Source of the DNA: a bacterium
GTDB lineage: Bacteria > Joyebacterota > Joyebacteria > Joyebacterales > Joyebacteraceae
DNA length: 38,785 nt
Assembly (NCBI GenBank): GCA_025774645.1
Contig: JALGVN010000009.1
Coordinates: 1 to 38,785 of the forward strand
Direction: 5' to 3'
In this document: positions 27,067 to 36,010 of the stretch, piece after piece
How positions within the stretch are numbered: the first letter of the stretch is position 1
Layout: every line of letters starts with the position of its first letter
Notes under the pieces: generated by a model
Told to the model about the DNA's origin: nothing
The model's input: the letters and a program-made list of their open reading frames with translations, nothing else
Database searches by the model: none
Translations under genes and position numbers: made by a program

Positions 27067-28947
27067 ATGCGAGTCTGCTATGGAGTGCTGTTCGCGATCG
27101 CGTTCATTCTGGCCGCGCCCTCGCTCTGCGCCGCCCAGGTCTACGTCAGCGACTACTACAGCGGGTACATCTGGAGCTACGCGGACACCGTCGGGACGGT
27201 CATCAATCCCCAGCTCCAGTACTGGGGCCTCAACGACATGGCCCTGAACGAGGACGGGAACCTCATCATCGCCGACGGAAGCCGCGTCATCCTCTACGAC
27301 GTCTCGGAGCAGTTCGAGACCGTTCTCGACGACACGATCTATCTCTTCCCGGCGTACGATGCCTATCCGGACGCGATGAGCGCGGACATCTACGTGGTCC
27401 GCGACTGGACCGGCGAACGCGAGGACGAGACGGCGAGGCTCGAGCCCGAGCTCCAGTATCTCCCGGGAGGCACCGGGCCGGCTGTACCCGCCTACTACTT
27501 CGGCAGTACGGAGCACCCTCTCGAGGTGCAGGTCTGGCCGTTCGGCAACAGCGCGGGGAACATCCTCGTTCTCGGCTTCGACTCCTCCCAGGGGTACTTC
27601 CTCGCGAACTTCGAGCGCACGGATCAGAACGAGTTCAATCGCCTCGATGACCTTTTCAGCGGGGAAGAGCAGACCTTCCACAGCTTCGCGATCACGCCGG
27701 ACGAGGACATCCTCGTTCTTGAAGAGACCAATGGTCTGTACATGCTCGACGACGGAGGACTGGCTCCGTTCGGGCAGCTGCCTCATCTGCAGTGGGCATA
27801 CCAGAAGGTGTCGGTCGGTTCCGACGGAACGATCTACGTGACGGACAATTACACCCTCGTCACTCGGCGCCTCGACGCAGACGGGAACCTCGTTTTCCCG
27901 TCTCTCGACGACGGCATCAACTTCCCGAGTGTTGTCGAGGCCACCGCGTTCACGCCCACGCATCCGGGCGAGGACGTGACGGTCAACCCGGCCGAGGGTG
28001 TGGAGATCCTCTTCGAGGAGGTCCAGGAGGGCGGCTACACGAGCGCGACGCTCACTCCGAGCAACAGCCACACGAGCCCCAACGGGAACAACCTCCCGGC
28101 GTTCGCGAGCCCGCCGGGAGGGCGCGAGGACTTCACCTACGTCGACATCGCGACGGAGAGCGTCTACAGCATGCTCATCCAGGTCGACCTGTACTTCCCG
28201 GGGAGTCGCTTGTTCTACGCCCACGGCACGCAGGACACCTTCCGAGACAGGACGGTCGTCGGGTCGATCGAGGATGCGCGAGGCGTGATCTCGCGCTTCA
28301 GTGAGGTCGTCCTAGCCGAGGACACGCGTCCGCTCTCGACGGTGATCGCCTACAAGTTCGAGAGGCTCATCGGCCTGCTCACGCTGCCGCCGCCGCTCGA
28401 CGACAGCTACTGCCCGTTCGGCTCGATACTCCATCTCCAGCAGCTCGCCGTCAGGGCGGAACAGCTCTACGACACGGTGAGTGCCGACGACGCCATCGAG
28501 CAGCTCGCTCGGATGAACGGTCTCGTGAGGAATCAGTCAGCGTGGTGTCTTCCCGACACGACACCGGACAACGTGGCGGGGGAGATCCTGGCGCGCTCGA
28601 AGACGCTCATGTTCAGCCTGGGTCTCGTGCCCGGCGCGTCTCATGGGACCCGAGGCGATCTGGATGATGTGGTCAAGCGTCTCGCGCTATCGGCGAAGAG
28701 CCCCGCACACGGCTCGTCGACGATCGAGTTCTCGGGGCCGGCGAACGCCGAAGTCACGGCGCGGATCTACAGCGTCTCCGGGCGGCTCGTGACGACGCTC
28801 CACGAGGGACGCTTCTCCGGCGGGTCGGAGAGAGTCGTCTGGGACGGCGCGGACAGCTCCGGACAGCGCGTCGCTGGGGGCGTCTACTTCGTACGGCTCG
28901 AGTCCGAGGACGAGAGCCTTACGTCGAAGGTCGTCCTTCTCAAGTAG
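27067..28947 (+). CDS. Secreted protein: NHL-like beta-propeller, beta-rich middle domain, FIMAH-like helical domain, FlgD-Ig/CTD (paralog 1)
   Basis: SD GGAGG; signal peptide ending AA-QVYVSD; VGSDGTIYVTD NHL-like blade; C-terminal SGRLVTTL...WDG.DSSG.RV.GGVYFVRL. Confidence 0.85.
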   Translation: MRVCYGVLFAIAFILAAPSLCAAQVYVSDYYSGYIWSYADTVGTVINPQLQYWGLNDMALNEDGNLIIADGSRVILYDVSEQFETVLDDTIYLFPAYDAYPDAMSADIYVVRDWTGEREDETARLEPELQYLPGGTGPAVPAYYFGSTEHPLEVQVWPFGNSAGNILVLGFDSSQGYFLANFERTDQNEFNRLDDLFSGEEQTFHSFAITPDEDILVLEETNGLYMLDDGGLAPFGQLPHLQWAYQKVSVGSDGTIYVTDNYTLVTRRLDADGNLVFPSLDDGINFPSVVEATAFTPTHPGEDVTVNPAEGVEILFEEVQEGGYTSATLTPSNSHTSPNGNNLPAFASPPGGREDFTYVDIATESVYSMLIQVDLYFPGSRLFYAHGTQDTFRDRTVVGSIEDARGVISRFSEVVLAEDTRPLSTVIAYKFERLIGLLTLPPPLDDSYCPFGSILHLQQLAVRAEQLYDTVSADDAIEQLARMNGLVRNQSAWCLPDTTPDNVAGEILARSKTLMFSLGLVPGASHGTRGDLDDVVKRLALSAKSPAHGSSTIEFSGPANAEVTARIYSVSGRLVTTLHEGRFSGGSERVVWDGADSSGQRVAGGVYFVRLESEDESLTSKVVLLK

Positions 28948-29051
28948 GGTCGGTCGCGCTCAGAACAACCTGTTTGGCAAGGGACCGGGTCTGCACCCTT
29001 GATGCGGTCCCTTCATCACAAAGATGAGCAGTCGCTCATGAATGTAAAGCA

Positions 29052-29080
29052 TTGACAAGTGCAGAACTTATGCGTACCAT
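29052..29080 (+). promoter_or_regulatory. Sigma70-type promoter of paralog 2
   Basis: TTGACA-17 nt-TACCAT. Confidence 0.7.
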
Positions 29081-29308
29081 AGTGAGGTGCTAGGGCAATA
29101 GTTTGTCACGAACCGCGCCGCGCTGGATCGTCCGGTGGTTGCGCAACAACCACCCGTGGCGGTTCGGTGAGGGGCGGATGTCGCCCCAAGTACCGGCGTC
29201 GCTCTCGACCGGAGGGTCTCCGGGAGCCGGCGCCGCCGACGGCGACATTTCCGCATTTAAGGATGGAACGCCCCCAATGCTGGCAGGCGTTCCCGAGAGG
29301 AGAGGCAT

Positions 29309-31186
29309 ATGCGAGGCCGACACTTCACGACAGCGACCACGGTCCTGGTCGCCGTCCTGCTTGCGGCATCCGTGGCAACGGCACAGGTCTACGTGAGTGA
29401 CCAGTTCCGCCACCGCATCTATCAGTTCAGTCTCGGCGAGACAGCGGGCGTGCACGTCAATCCGGACATGCCACAGCCCGGCATCGAGGACATAGAGCTC
29501 GACGCCGAGGGGAGTCTCCTCCTCGCTCGGGGCGGGAACGTCGTCCTGTTCGATCCCGAGGACCAGTCGGTCGTTCTCCTCGATGAGGCCGGGTGGTGTT
29601 CTCCGACCTTCGCGACCTACCCGGATGCCGCGTCCAGCGACATCTACGTCGTAAGAACGGTTGGGGTGGAGGCAGACACGGTCGACTGTGTCCATGGGAC
29701 GCCAGAACTGCAGTTCCTCTCTGACGGGACCGGACCGGCGCAGACGGCCGTGGTCTTCGAGGACAGCGACAAGCTCAGGGACGTCCAGGTTTGGCCGTTC
29801 GGCGAGCGGGCAGGCAACATCATCGTGCTCTCCGTGTCGCCTCCGTTCATGGCAGAGGTCGAGCGGACGGGACCGGAGACGTTCGAGCGATTGGACAACG
29901 TCTTCGACTCCGAGCGTTTGAATCTCCGGGCGTTTTCGATTACGCCTGAAGGCGAGATCCTGGTCATCGACTTCAACGCCGGGATGTTCCTTGTCGAGGG
30001 CGGGGACCTCGTCCCTTACGGTGAGCCGGTCGGTCCCGGGCTTCAGGACATCTCGGTCGGCGCCGACGGGATCGTCTACGTCTCCGACTCCTACGACAAC
30101 GTCATCCACCGCTTCGACGCGGACGGAGCGGTGATTCTCCCGCCGCTGGGAGTGGAGCAGCTCGTCACGCCGCGGGCGGTCGTGGCGGCAGGATTCACGC
30201 CGACGCCTCCGGGCCAGAACGTCCCGACGAGCCCCGCCGAGGACGTTGACATCATCTTCGAGGAGATATTGCAGGGCGGATACACCACCGCCACTGCGGC
30301 GGTGAGCACCGAGCGCGTGAGTCCCGGCGGGAATTTCCTGCCGGACTACGTCGACCCGCCGGGGGAGAGAGGCGAGTTCATCTACTTCGACGTCGACACG
30401 GAATCGATCTACAGCCGCCTCATCCAGGTCGAGATCTGGATGGAGGGGGCCCGGATGTTCTATGCGCACGGAACGCAGGACACGTTCCGGGACGTGACCA
30501 TCGAAGGACCGATCGAGGACGCGCGCGGGACAATCGGGCGGTTCAGCGAGGTCGTCCTCGTGGAGGACATGCGTCCGCTGCAGGTAGTGGCGGAGTACAA
30601 GTTCCAGCGCCTGCTGACCGGGGTCACGACGCCGATGCCGATAGGAAGCCAGTTCTGTCCGGACGGGGGACTCACGCGTTTTCGCAGGTACGCGGGGCAG
30701 GCGAAGGAGCTGTACGATGATGGCCGCGTGGATGAGGCGCACCGGATTCTCGAACGCCTGAATCTCACGGTTCGCTCTCTTGCCGGATGGTGCACTCCTG
30801 ACACCTATCCGAACAACGTGGCGGGAGAGATTCTCGCGCTCTCGAAGACGCTCATGTTCAGCCTCGAGAAGATAATGTCTCCGACGGAGCGCGGCGAGCC
30901 GGTCGAAACCGTGGCGACGCTCGCTCTCTCGGCGACGAGTCCCATGGACGACCGGTCTCTGATCGAGCTGACCGGCCCCGTTGGAACGGAGGTGGCGGCG
31001 CGCGTCTACAACGCGAGCGGGCGTCTCATCTCGACGCTCTTTGAGGGGCGGCTCCACGGAGGCAGTGAGCGCCTCATCTGGGACGGCACGGACAGCAACG
31101 GACAACGTGTTTCGTCCGGCGTCTACTTCGTGCGCCTTGAGTCGGAGGGTGAGTCCAGATCGTCCAAGGTCGTCCTGATCCGCTAG
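29309..31186 (+). CDS. Secreted protein with the same architecture as 27067..28947 (paralog 2)
   Basis: SD GAGGAG; colinear with paralog 1 (QVYVSD, PELQ, VQVWPFG, FYAHGTQDTFRD, IEDARG, RFSEVVL, NVAGEILA.SKTLMFSL, GVYFVRLESE). Confidence 0.85.
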   Translation: MRGRHFTTATTVLVAVLLAASVATAQVYVSDQFRHRIYQFSLGETAGVHVNPDMPQPGIEDIELDAEGSLLLARGGNVVLFDPEDQSVVLLDEAGWCSPTFATYPDAASSDIYVVRTVGVEADTVDCVHGTPELQFLSDGTGPAQTAVVFEDSDKLRDVQVWPFGERAGNIIVLSVSPPFMAEVERTGPETFERLDNVFDSERLNLRAFSITPEGEILVIDFNAGMFLVEGGDLVPYGEPVGPGLQDISVGADGIVYVSDSYDNVIHRFDADGAVILPPLGVEQLVTPRAVVAAGFTPTPPGQNVPTSPAEDVDIIFEEILQGGYTTATAAVSTERVSPGGNFLPDYVDPPGERGEFIYFDVDTESIYSRLIQVEIWMEGARMFYAHGTQDTFRDVTIEGPIEDARGTIGRFSEVVLVEDMRPLQVVAEYKFQRLLTGVTTPMPIGSQFCPDGGLTRFRRYAGQAKELYDDGRVDEAHRILERLNLTVRSLAGWCTPDTYPNNVAGEILALSKTLMFSLEKIMSPTERGEPVETVATLALSATSPMDDRSLIELTGPVGTEVAARVYNASGRLISTLFEGRLHGGSERLIWDGTDSNGQRVSSGVYFVRLESEGESRSSKVVLIR

Positions 31187-31395
31187 TCGCGGTTCACACT
31201 CTGACGATTCTGCACCGGTGCCGGCGGGGCCTCCCGCCGGCGCCCGGGCGTCCGGGCCGAGGAGCGGCTGCCGAGGACCACGGGCCTGCGGTCAGGGGGA
31301 ACGCTGTGGTCTCGCGGTCCCTCATCTGCTAGCCTAGGGCCTCGGACATCCGCCGCCGGGCACCGCTCCCGGCGGGATTCTCTCCAGCACACGAG

Positions 31396-34300
31396 ATGGA
31401 TCCGGTCGACATGGTCGGGCAGACGATCACGCACTACCGCATCATCGAGGAGGTCGGTCGCGGCGGGATGGGGACCGTCTACGCGGCCCAGGACACCAAG
31501 CTCGGCCGGAAGGTCGCCCTCAAGGTCCTCTCCGAGGAGGTCGCGTCCGACGAGGAGCGCGTCCAGCGTTTCGTCAGGGAGGCGCAGGCGGCCTCCGCCA
31601 TCAACCATCCGAACATCGCCACAATCTACGAGATCGACGAGTCCGACGGAACGACGTTCATCGCCATGGAGTTCGTGGAGGGCGGCACCCTCCGCGACAG
31701 AATGGCGGTGGGAGCGATGCCGTTCCCGGAAATCGTCGAGGTCGCGACCCAACTCTCCAACGCCCTCGGCAAGGCGCACGAGCTCGGGATCATCCACCGC
31801 GACATCAAGCCCGAGAACATCTGCGTCCGGCCCGACGGCCTCATCAAGATCCTCGACTTCGGTCTCGCGAAGCTGATGCCCGGCGCGTCGGGACAGGAGG
31901 AGGACGCGACGGTCGTGGCCCTCACGGCCGAGGGCGTCGTCATGGGCACCGCGCGGTACATGTCTCCCGAGCAGGCGAGGGGGAAGGCGGTCGACGCGGC
32001 GACCGACGTCTTCTCGGTCGGGGCGATCCTCTACGAGATGATGACCGGAAGACCCGCGTTCCCCGGGAACAACCACTTCGAGATCCTCTACGCGGTGGTG
32101 AACTCCGCTCCCCAGCCGATCCCCGACGAGCTCGGCGTCCCGCGCGACTTCCGGGACGTCGTGGCGCGGGCGCTCGCAAAGACCGCCGCCGACCGGTATC
32201 CCGACTGCGGAGCGCTCGCGGCCGACCTCGCGGAGCACTCAGGTGCCGGAACGCGAGCCGAGGCGATCCCCGGCGCCCCGAGCGTCTCGCCCGCGGCAGG
32301 CGGGGCAGGCGCCGGAGGCGCGCCGACCGGCGCCGCCACGCAGGACACCGTGTGGGCGAGCGCGACGGGCATCGTCTCGGGACCCGTCGCTGCGAAGCCC
32401 GGCGCCGAGGGGCCGGTCACGGCGATCGTCGTCCTCCCGTTCAAGAACATGACGAGGAACCCGGACGCAGACTGGATGAGCGCGGGTATCCCGGAGATGC
32501 TCACGAGCGACCTCGCGCGCATCGCCTCGCTGCGTGTCGTTCCCTCGGGGCGGCTCGCCGAGCTCATGACGGACCTCAAGCTCGGTCCGGACTCGACGTT
32601 CGACGAAGCGACACTGAAGACGGTAGGGGAGTTCCTCTCGGTCGACACGATCGTGAGCGGGAGCTTCGTCAAGCTCGGCCCCGCCGCGCGGATCGACGTG
32701 TCGATCCGGCGTCCGGCCACGGGAGAGGACGTCGGCGTCAAGGCGGAGGCGAAGGACGAGGCCGATCTCCTCAACGTCATCGCGCACCTGACCGCCGAGG
32801 TGCGCCGTGCCGTCGAGACGGAGGGGGCGCGGGATCTCGTCACCACGATGGTCGGCGAGAGGGGCTCACAGAGCCCGGGCGCGATCCGCGCGTACATCGA
32901 CGGGCTCTCCAGGCTCCACGAGGGGAACAACCTCGAGGCGATCACCCAGTTCACCGAGGCGATCGGCGAGGACAGCGGCTTCGCCCTTGCGTACACGTAT
33001 CTGGGCGAAGCGCTCGCGAACTCCGGCCGCATCCAGGAAGCGAGAGAGAAGGTCCACAGGGCGCTCGAGAAGATCGGCAACCTCTCGCGTCCCGACGCGC
33101 TGTTCGTGACGGCACGCGACGCGATGATGTCGGGCGAGATCTCGCGCGCGATCGAGTCGCTCGAGCAGCTGACCGAACTCCTTCCCAACAACCTTGGCGC
33201 GTTCTACGAACTTGCGCAGGCCTACGAGCGAGAGGGGCAGTGGGACGAGGCCCTCGAGAACCTCGAGCGCGTGATCGAGCTCGACCCGAAGTTCGTCGGC
33301 GCGCTCTTTGCGCTCGGACGCGTCCACATCAAGCGGGGGAGCTGTCAGGAGGCGCTCGAGTTCCTGTACCGCGCCCTCTCTCTGAACACGCTCCTCGGCA
33401 ACGAGGAGGGACGCGCGACCGTCCTGAACGCGATCGGCCTCGCACACTTCTGGATGGACAAGTACGACGAGGCCGTGAAGTTCTACAACGAGTCCCTCGA
33501 GATCAAGCGCAAGATCGGCGACCGCCGGGGGGAGAGCGCGACGCTCTCCAACATGGCGGTCGTCTTCCAGGTGAAGGGCGACTACGAGCGCTCGGTGGCC
33601 ACCTACAAGGAGGCCCTGGAGATCAGTGAGGACCAGGGCGACGATCAGGGCACCGCGGAGAACCTGATCAACATCGGCACGGTTTGCGAGGAGCAGGGCC
33701 TCCTGGACGACGCGCTCACGAGCTACAAGAGGGCGCTCAAGCTCGAGCAGGACCTCGGCGACAGGATGGCCGAGATCCTCTGTCTGAACGACATCGGCAA
33801 CATCTACCTCAAGCAGGCGAAGCTCGACGATGCCGAGGTCTACTTCGATCGCGCGCTCGACGCCCGTCGGCAGCTCGGCGAGCAGAAGGGGATGGCCGTC
33901 ACGCTCAACTACCTCGGAAACATCGAGCGCCTTCGCGGCCGCTACGACAAGGCGATGTCCCGCTATCTCGATGGGCTCAAGATCACGCGCGAAAGCGGCT
34001 GGAAGAACGGCGAGGCCGAGACGCGCGGCTACATGGCGGCCGTCATGTCGGCGCAGGGACGGTACCCCGCATCGCTCGAGTCGTGGAGCGAGGCTCTGCG
34101 CATCTACGAAGAGCTTGAGGACAAGAACGGCATCGCGACGACGCTGGCCGGCCTCTCGAAGGTCCAGTGCGCGCTCGGTCACTGCGAGGATTCCTCGACG
34201 TCGACGGAGCGAGCGCTCGCGCTCGCCCGGGAAATCGGGAACGAGGAGCTCGTGGCCGACGTGCTGCTCGCGATGGGACGCGTCGAGCTCATGAGGAAGG

Positions 34301-34935
34301 AGGGCGAACGTGCCCTCGAGCACCTCACCGAGGCGAGGGAGTTCGCCGCACGGTGTGGAGGCCGCGTGACGCTCCTGATGGTGCAGTCGGCTCTCGGCCG
34401 CGCCCTCGGCGAGAGCGGGGACTTCGAGCAGGCGCGGACGATGCTCAGAGAGACGGCCGACGAGGCCCGGAAGCTGGACCTCGGGACGATTCTCGCCAGG
34501 ACCGATCTCCGCAGGGCCGAGGTGCTCCTCAGGATGGGAGAGCACGACGAGGCGCTCGAGGCGGTGACCGAGGCGGCGGAGGCCGCCCAGGCCATGGGAG
34601 AGCGCGAGGTGGTGCTGAGGGCACACTGCCTTCGCGCCGAGCTCTCCCGCGCGAGCGGCGACGCGACACGCTCCGAGGAGCAGGCGCTCGCCTGCCTCGA
34701 GCTCGCATCATCGCTTTCGGGCGAGATGGGCGACTCCCGCGAGTCGTTCCTCTCTCGCCCGACCATCGCGAACTCGGTCGCGAAGTCGTGCGACATCCTC
34801 GCGGAGGGCGGTCGCGGCGAAGAGGCGGAACGGTTCGGCGTGCTGCGCGCCGGGAGCTGCGGGGGATCGCCGGTGCCCGGCGGCGGAATCACGCCGGCGG
34901 AGGAGTCTCCGGAGGACGAGACGCCGTCAGAGTGA
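31396..34935 (+). CDS. Hanks-type Ser/Thr protein kinase with TolB-N-like middle domain and long TPR array
   Basis: GRGGMGTVY, VALKVL, HRDIKPEN, DFGLAK, GTARYMSPEQ; IVVLPFKN...GIPEMLTSDL; many A..LNxIG..Y TPRs; no TM segment. Confidence 0.93.
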   Translation: MDPVDMVGQTITHYRIIEEVGRGGMGTVYAAQDTKLGRKVALKVLSEEVASDEERVQRFVREAQAASAINHPNIATIYEIDESDGTTFIAMEFVEGGTLRDRMAVGAMPFPEIVEVATQLSNALGKAHELGIIHRDIKPENICVRPDGLIKILDFGLAKLMPGASGQEEDATVVALTAEGVVMGTARYMSPEQARGKAVDAATDVFSVGAILYEMMTGRPAFPGNNHFEILYAVVNSAPQPIPDELGVPRDFRDVVARALAKTAADRYPDCGALAADLAEHSGAGTRAEAIPGAPSVSPAAGGAGAGGAPTGAATQDTVWASATGIVSGPVAAKPGAEGPVTAIVVLPFKNMTRNPDADWMSAGIPEMLTSDLARIASLRVVPSGRLAELMTDLKLGPDSTFDEATLKTVGEFLSVDTIVSGSFVKLGPAARIDVSIRRPATGEDVGVKAEAKDEADLLNVIAHLTAEVRRAVETEGARDLVTTMVGERGSQSPGAIRAYIDGLSRLHEGNNLEAITQFTEAIGEDSGFALAYTYLGEALANSGRIQEAREKVHRALEKIGNLSRPDALFVTARDAMMSGEISRAIESLEQLTELLPNNLGAFYELAQAYEREGQWDEALENLERVIELDPKFVGALFALGRVHIKRGSCQEALEFLYRALSLNTLLGNEEGRATVLNAIGLAHFWMDKYDEAVKFYNESLEIKRKIGDRRGESATLSNMAVVFQVKGDYERSVATYKEALEISEDQGDDQGTAENLINIGTVCEEQGLLDDALTSYKRALKLEQDLGDRMAEILCLNDIGNIYLKQAKLDDAEVYFDRALDARRQLGEQKGMAVTLNYLGNIERLRGRYDKAMSRYLDGLKITRESGWKNGEAETRGYMAAVMSAQGRYPASLESWSEALRIYEELEDKNGIATTLAGLSKVQCALGHCEDSSTSTERALALAREIGNEELVADVLLAMGRVELMRKEGERALEHLTEAREFAARCGGRVTLLMVQSALGRALGESGDFEQARTMLRETADEARKLDLGTILARTDLRRAEVLLRMGEHDEALEAVTEAAEAAQAMGEREVVLRAHCLRAELSRASGDATRSEEQALACLELASSLSGEMGDSRESFLSRPTIANSVAKSCDILAEGGRGEEAERFGVLRAGSCGGSPVPGGGITPAEESPEDETPSE

Positions 34936-35793
34936 GATCAGGACGACACCTGCCGTCATGAGAAGCGCGCCCGCCAGCCGGGCGCGTATGTGTCTCTCAC
35001 CGAAGAGGAAGTACCCCAGGACCACGCTCAGGACGAGGCCCGACCGCTTGATCGCGATGACGTAACTCGCGACCGTGAGCTGGATCGCGGTGAACTGCGC
35101 GAGGATCATGATCACCGAGATGAGTCCCAGGAGGAAGAGCCTCGGCCAGAGGCGCGGGGTCTCGCCCGGGACGTTCCGCGTCTTCCGGAGACCGACCACG
35201 AGAGCGGGGAGGTAGAGGATCGCGAAGCCGATCCCGAAGAACGTCGTGTAGTACGCCGTGGAACTCTCGACGCTCGCGACCTTGTCGTAGACGGCCGTGA
35301 AGCTCCAGATGAACGCGGTGAGGATCATCAGGAGGCTGCCGCGCTCCCTCGCGATCGCCTTGATCGGCGCGAGGAACCCGCCCTTGATCTTCTCCAGGTT
35401 GATCGCGTAGGCGCCGAGAGCGACGAGGATGATCCCCGCGAGTCCCTTGGCGTCCGGGTACTCCCCGAGGATGAGCGCGCTCGTCCCGAGCATGAAGATC
35501 GGGGTGAACGCGAGGAACGGCATCGTGAGCGACAGGGGCGAGAGCCGGACGGCCTGGACCGAGATCGTCGTCGAGAACAGGTTCAGGACGATCGAGATCA
35601 TGGCGGCCTTCATGAACCCGTCGCCGACCTCGGGAATGCCCTGAGCGGCGAGGATGGCCGCCGAGACCGGGAGCCCCAGGACCATCATCGCCCACGTCAG
35701 GACGAAGACGTGCGTGTGCTTCGTGAGCGCCTTCGCGTAGCTCGACGAGAGGGCGAAGGTGATCGCTGTGACGATGGAGAGGGTCAGCCACAC
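34927..35793 (-). CDS. EamA/DMT-family transporter
   Basis: About 10 TM helices in two repeats; SPLSLTMPFLAFTPIF, LGE, VIAIKRS, FGER; GTG start with SD CAGGAG. Confidence 0.88.
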   Translation of the reverse strand: MWLTLSIVTAITFALSSSYAKALTKHTHVFVLTWAMMVLGLPVSAAILAAQGIPEVGDGFMKAAMISIVLNLFSTTISVQAVRLSPLSLTMPFLAFTPIFMLGTSALILGEYPDAKGLAGIILVALGAYAINLEKIKGGFLAPIKAIARERGSLLMILTAFIWSFTAVYDKVASVESSTAYYTTFFGIGFAILYLPALVVGLRKTRNVPGETPRLWPRLFLLGLISVIMILAQFTAIQLTVASYVIAIKRSGLVLSVVLGYFLFGERHIRARLAGALLMTAGVVLISL

Positions 35794-35832
35794 AGGTCTC
35801 TGTTCTCCTGCTGCAGGGGCGGGGGTCCGACC

Positions 35833-35861
35833 ATGCTATCGGGCGTGAAGGCGCAAGTCAA
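35833..35861 (-). promoter_or_regulatory. Sigma70-type promoter for the EamA gene
   Basis: TTGACT-17 nt-TAGCAT on the minus strand. Confidence 0.55.
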
Positions 35862-36010
35862 AGCCGGCGTCTGACTGCTCGGATGACTCCTCGTACTCCG
35901 GTTGTCGAGTCCGGTTCGGCGTGCTACCCTTCACGGGCCGTCGGCCACCCGGCGTCGTGCCGGCGTCGTGGCGGGCGTGGTAGACAGGACGCGGCAGGCA
36001 GGGAGGGTAC

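Noticed and set aside
31220-31241. GC hairpins after the genes ending at 26742, 28947 and 31186 as intrinsic terminators
   Set aside because: Stems are present but lack U-tracts, so they cannot be called confidently.
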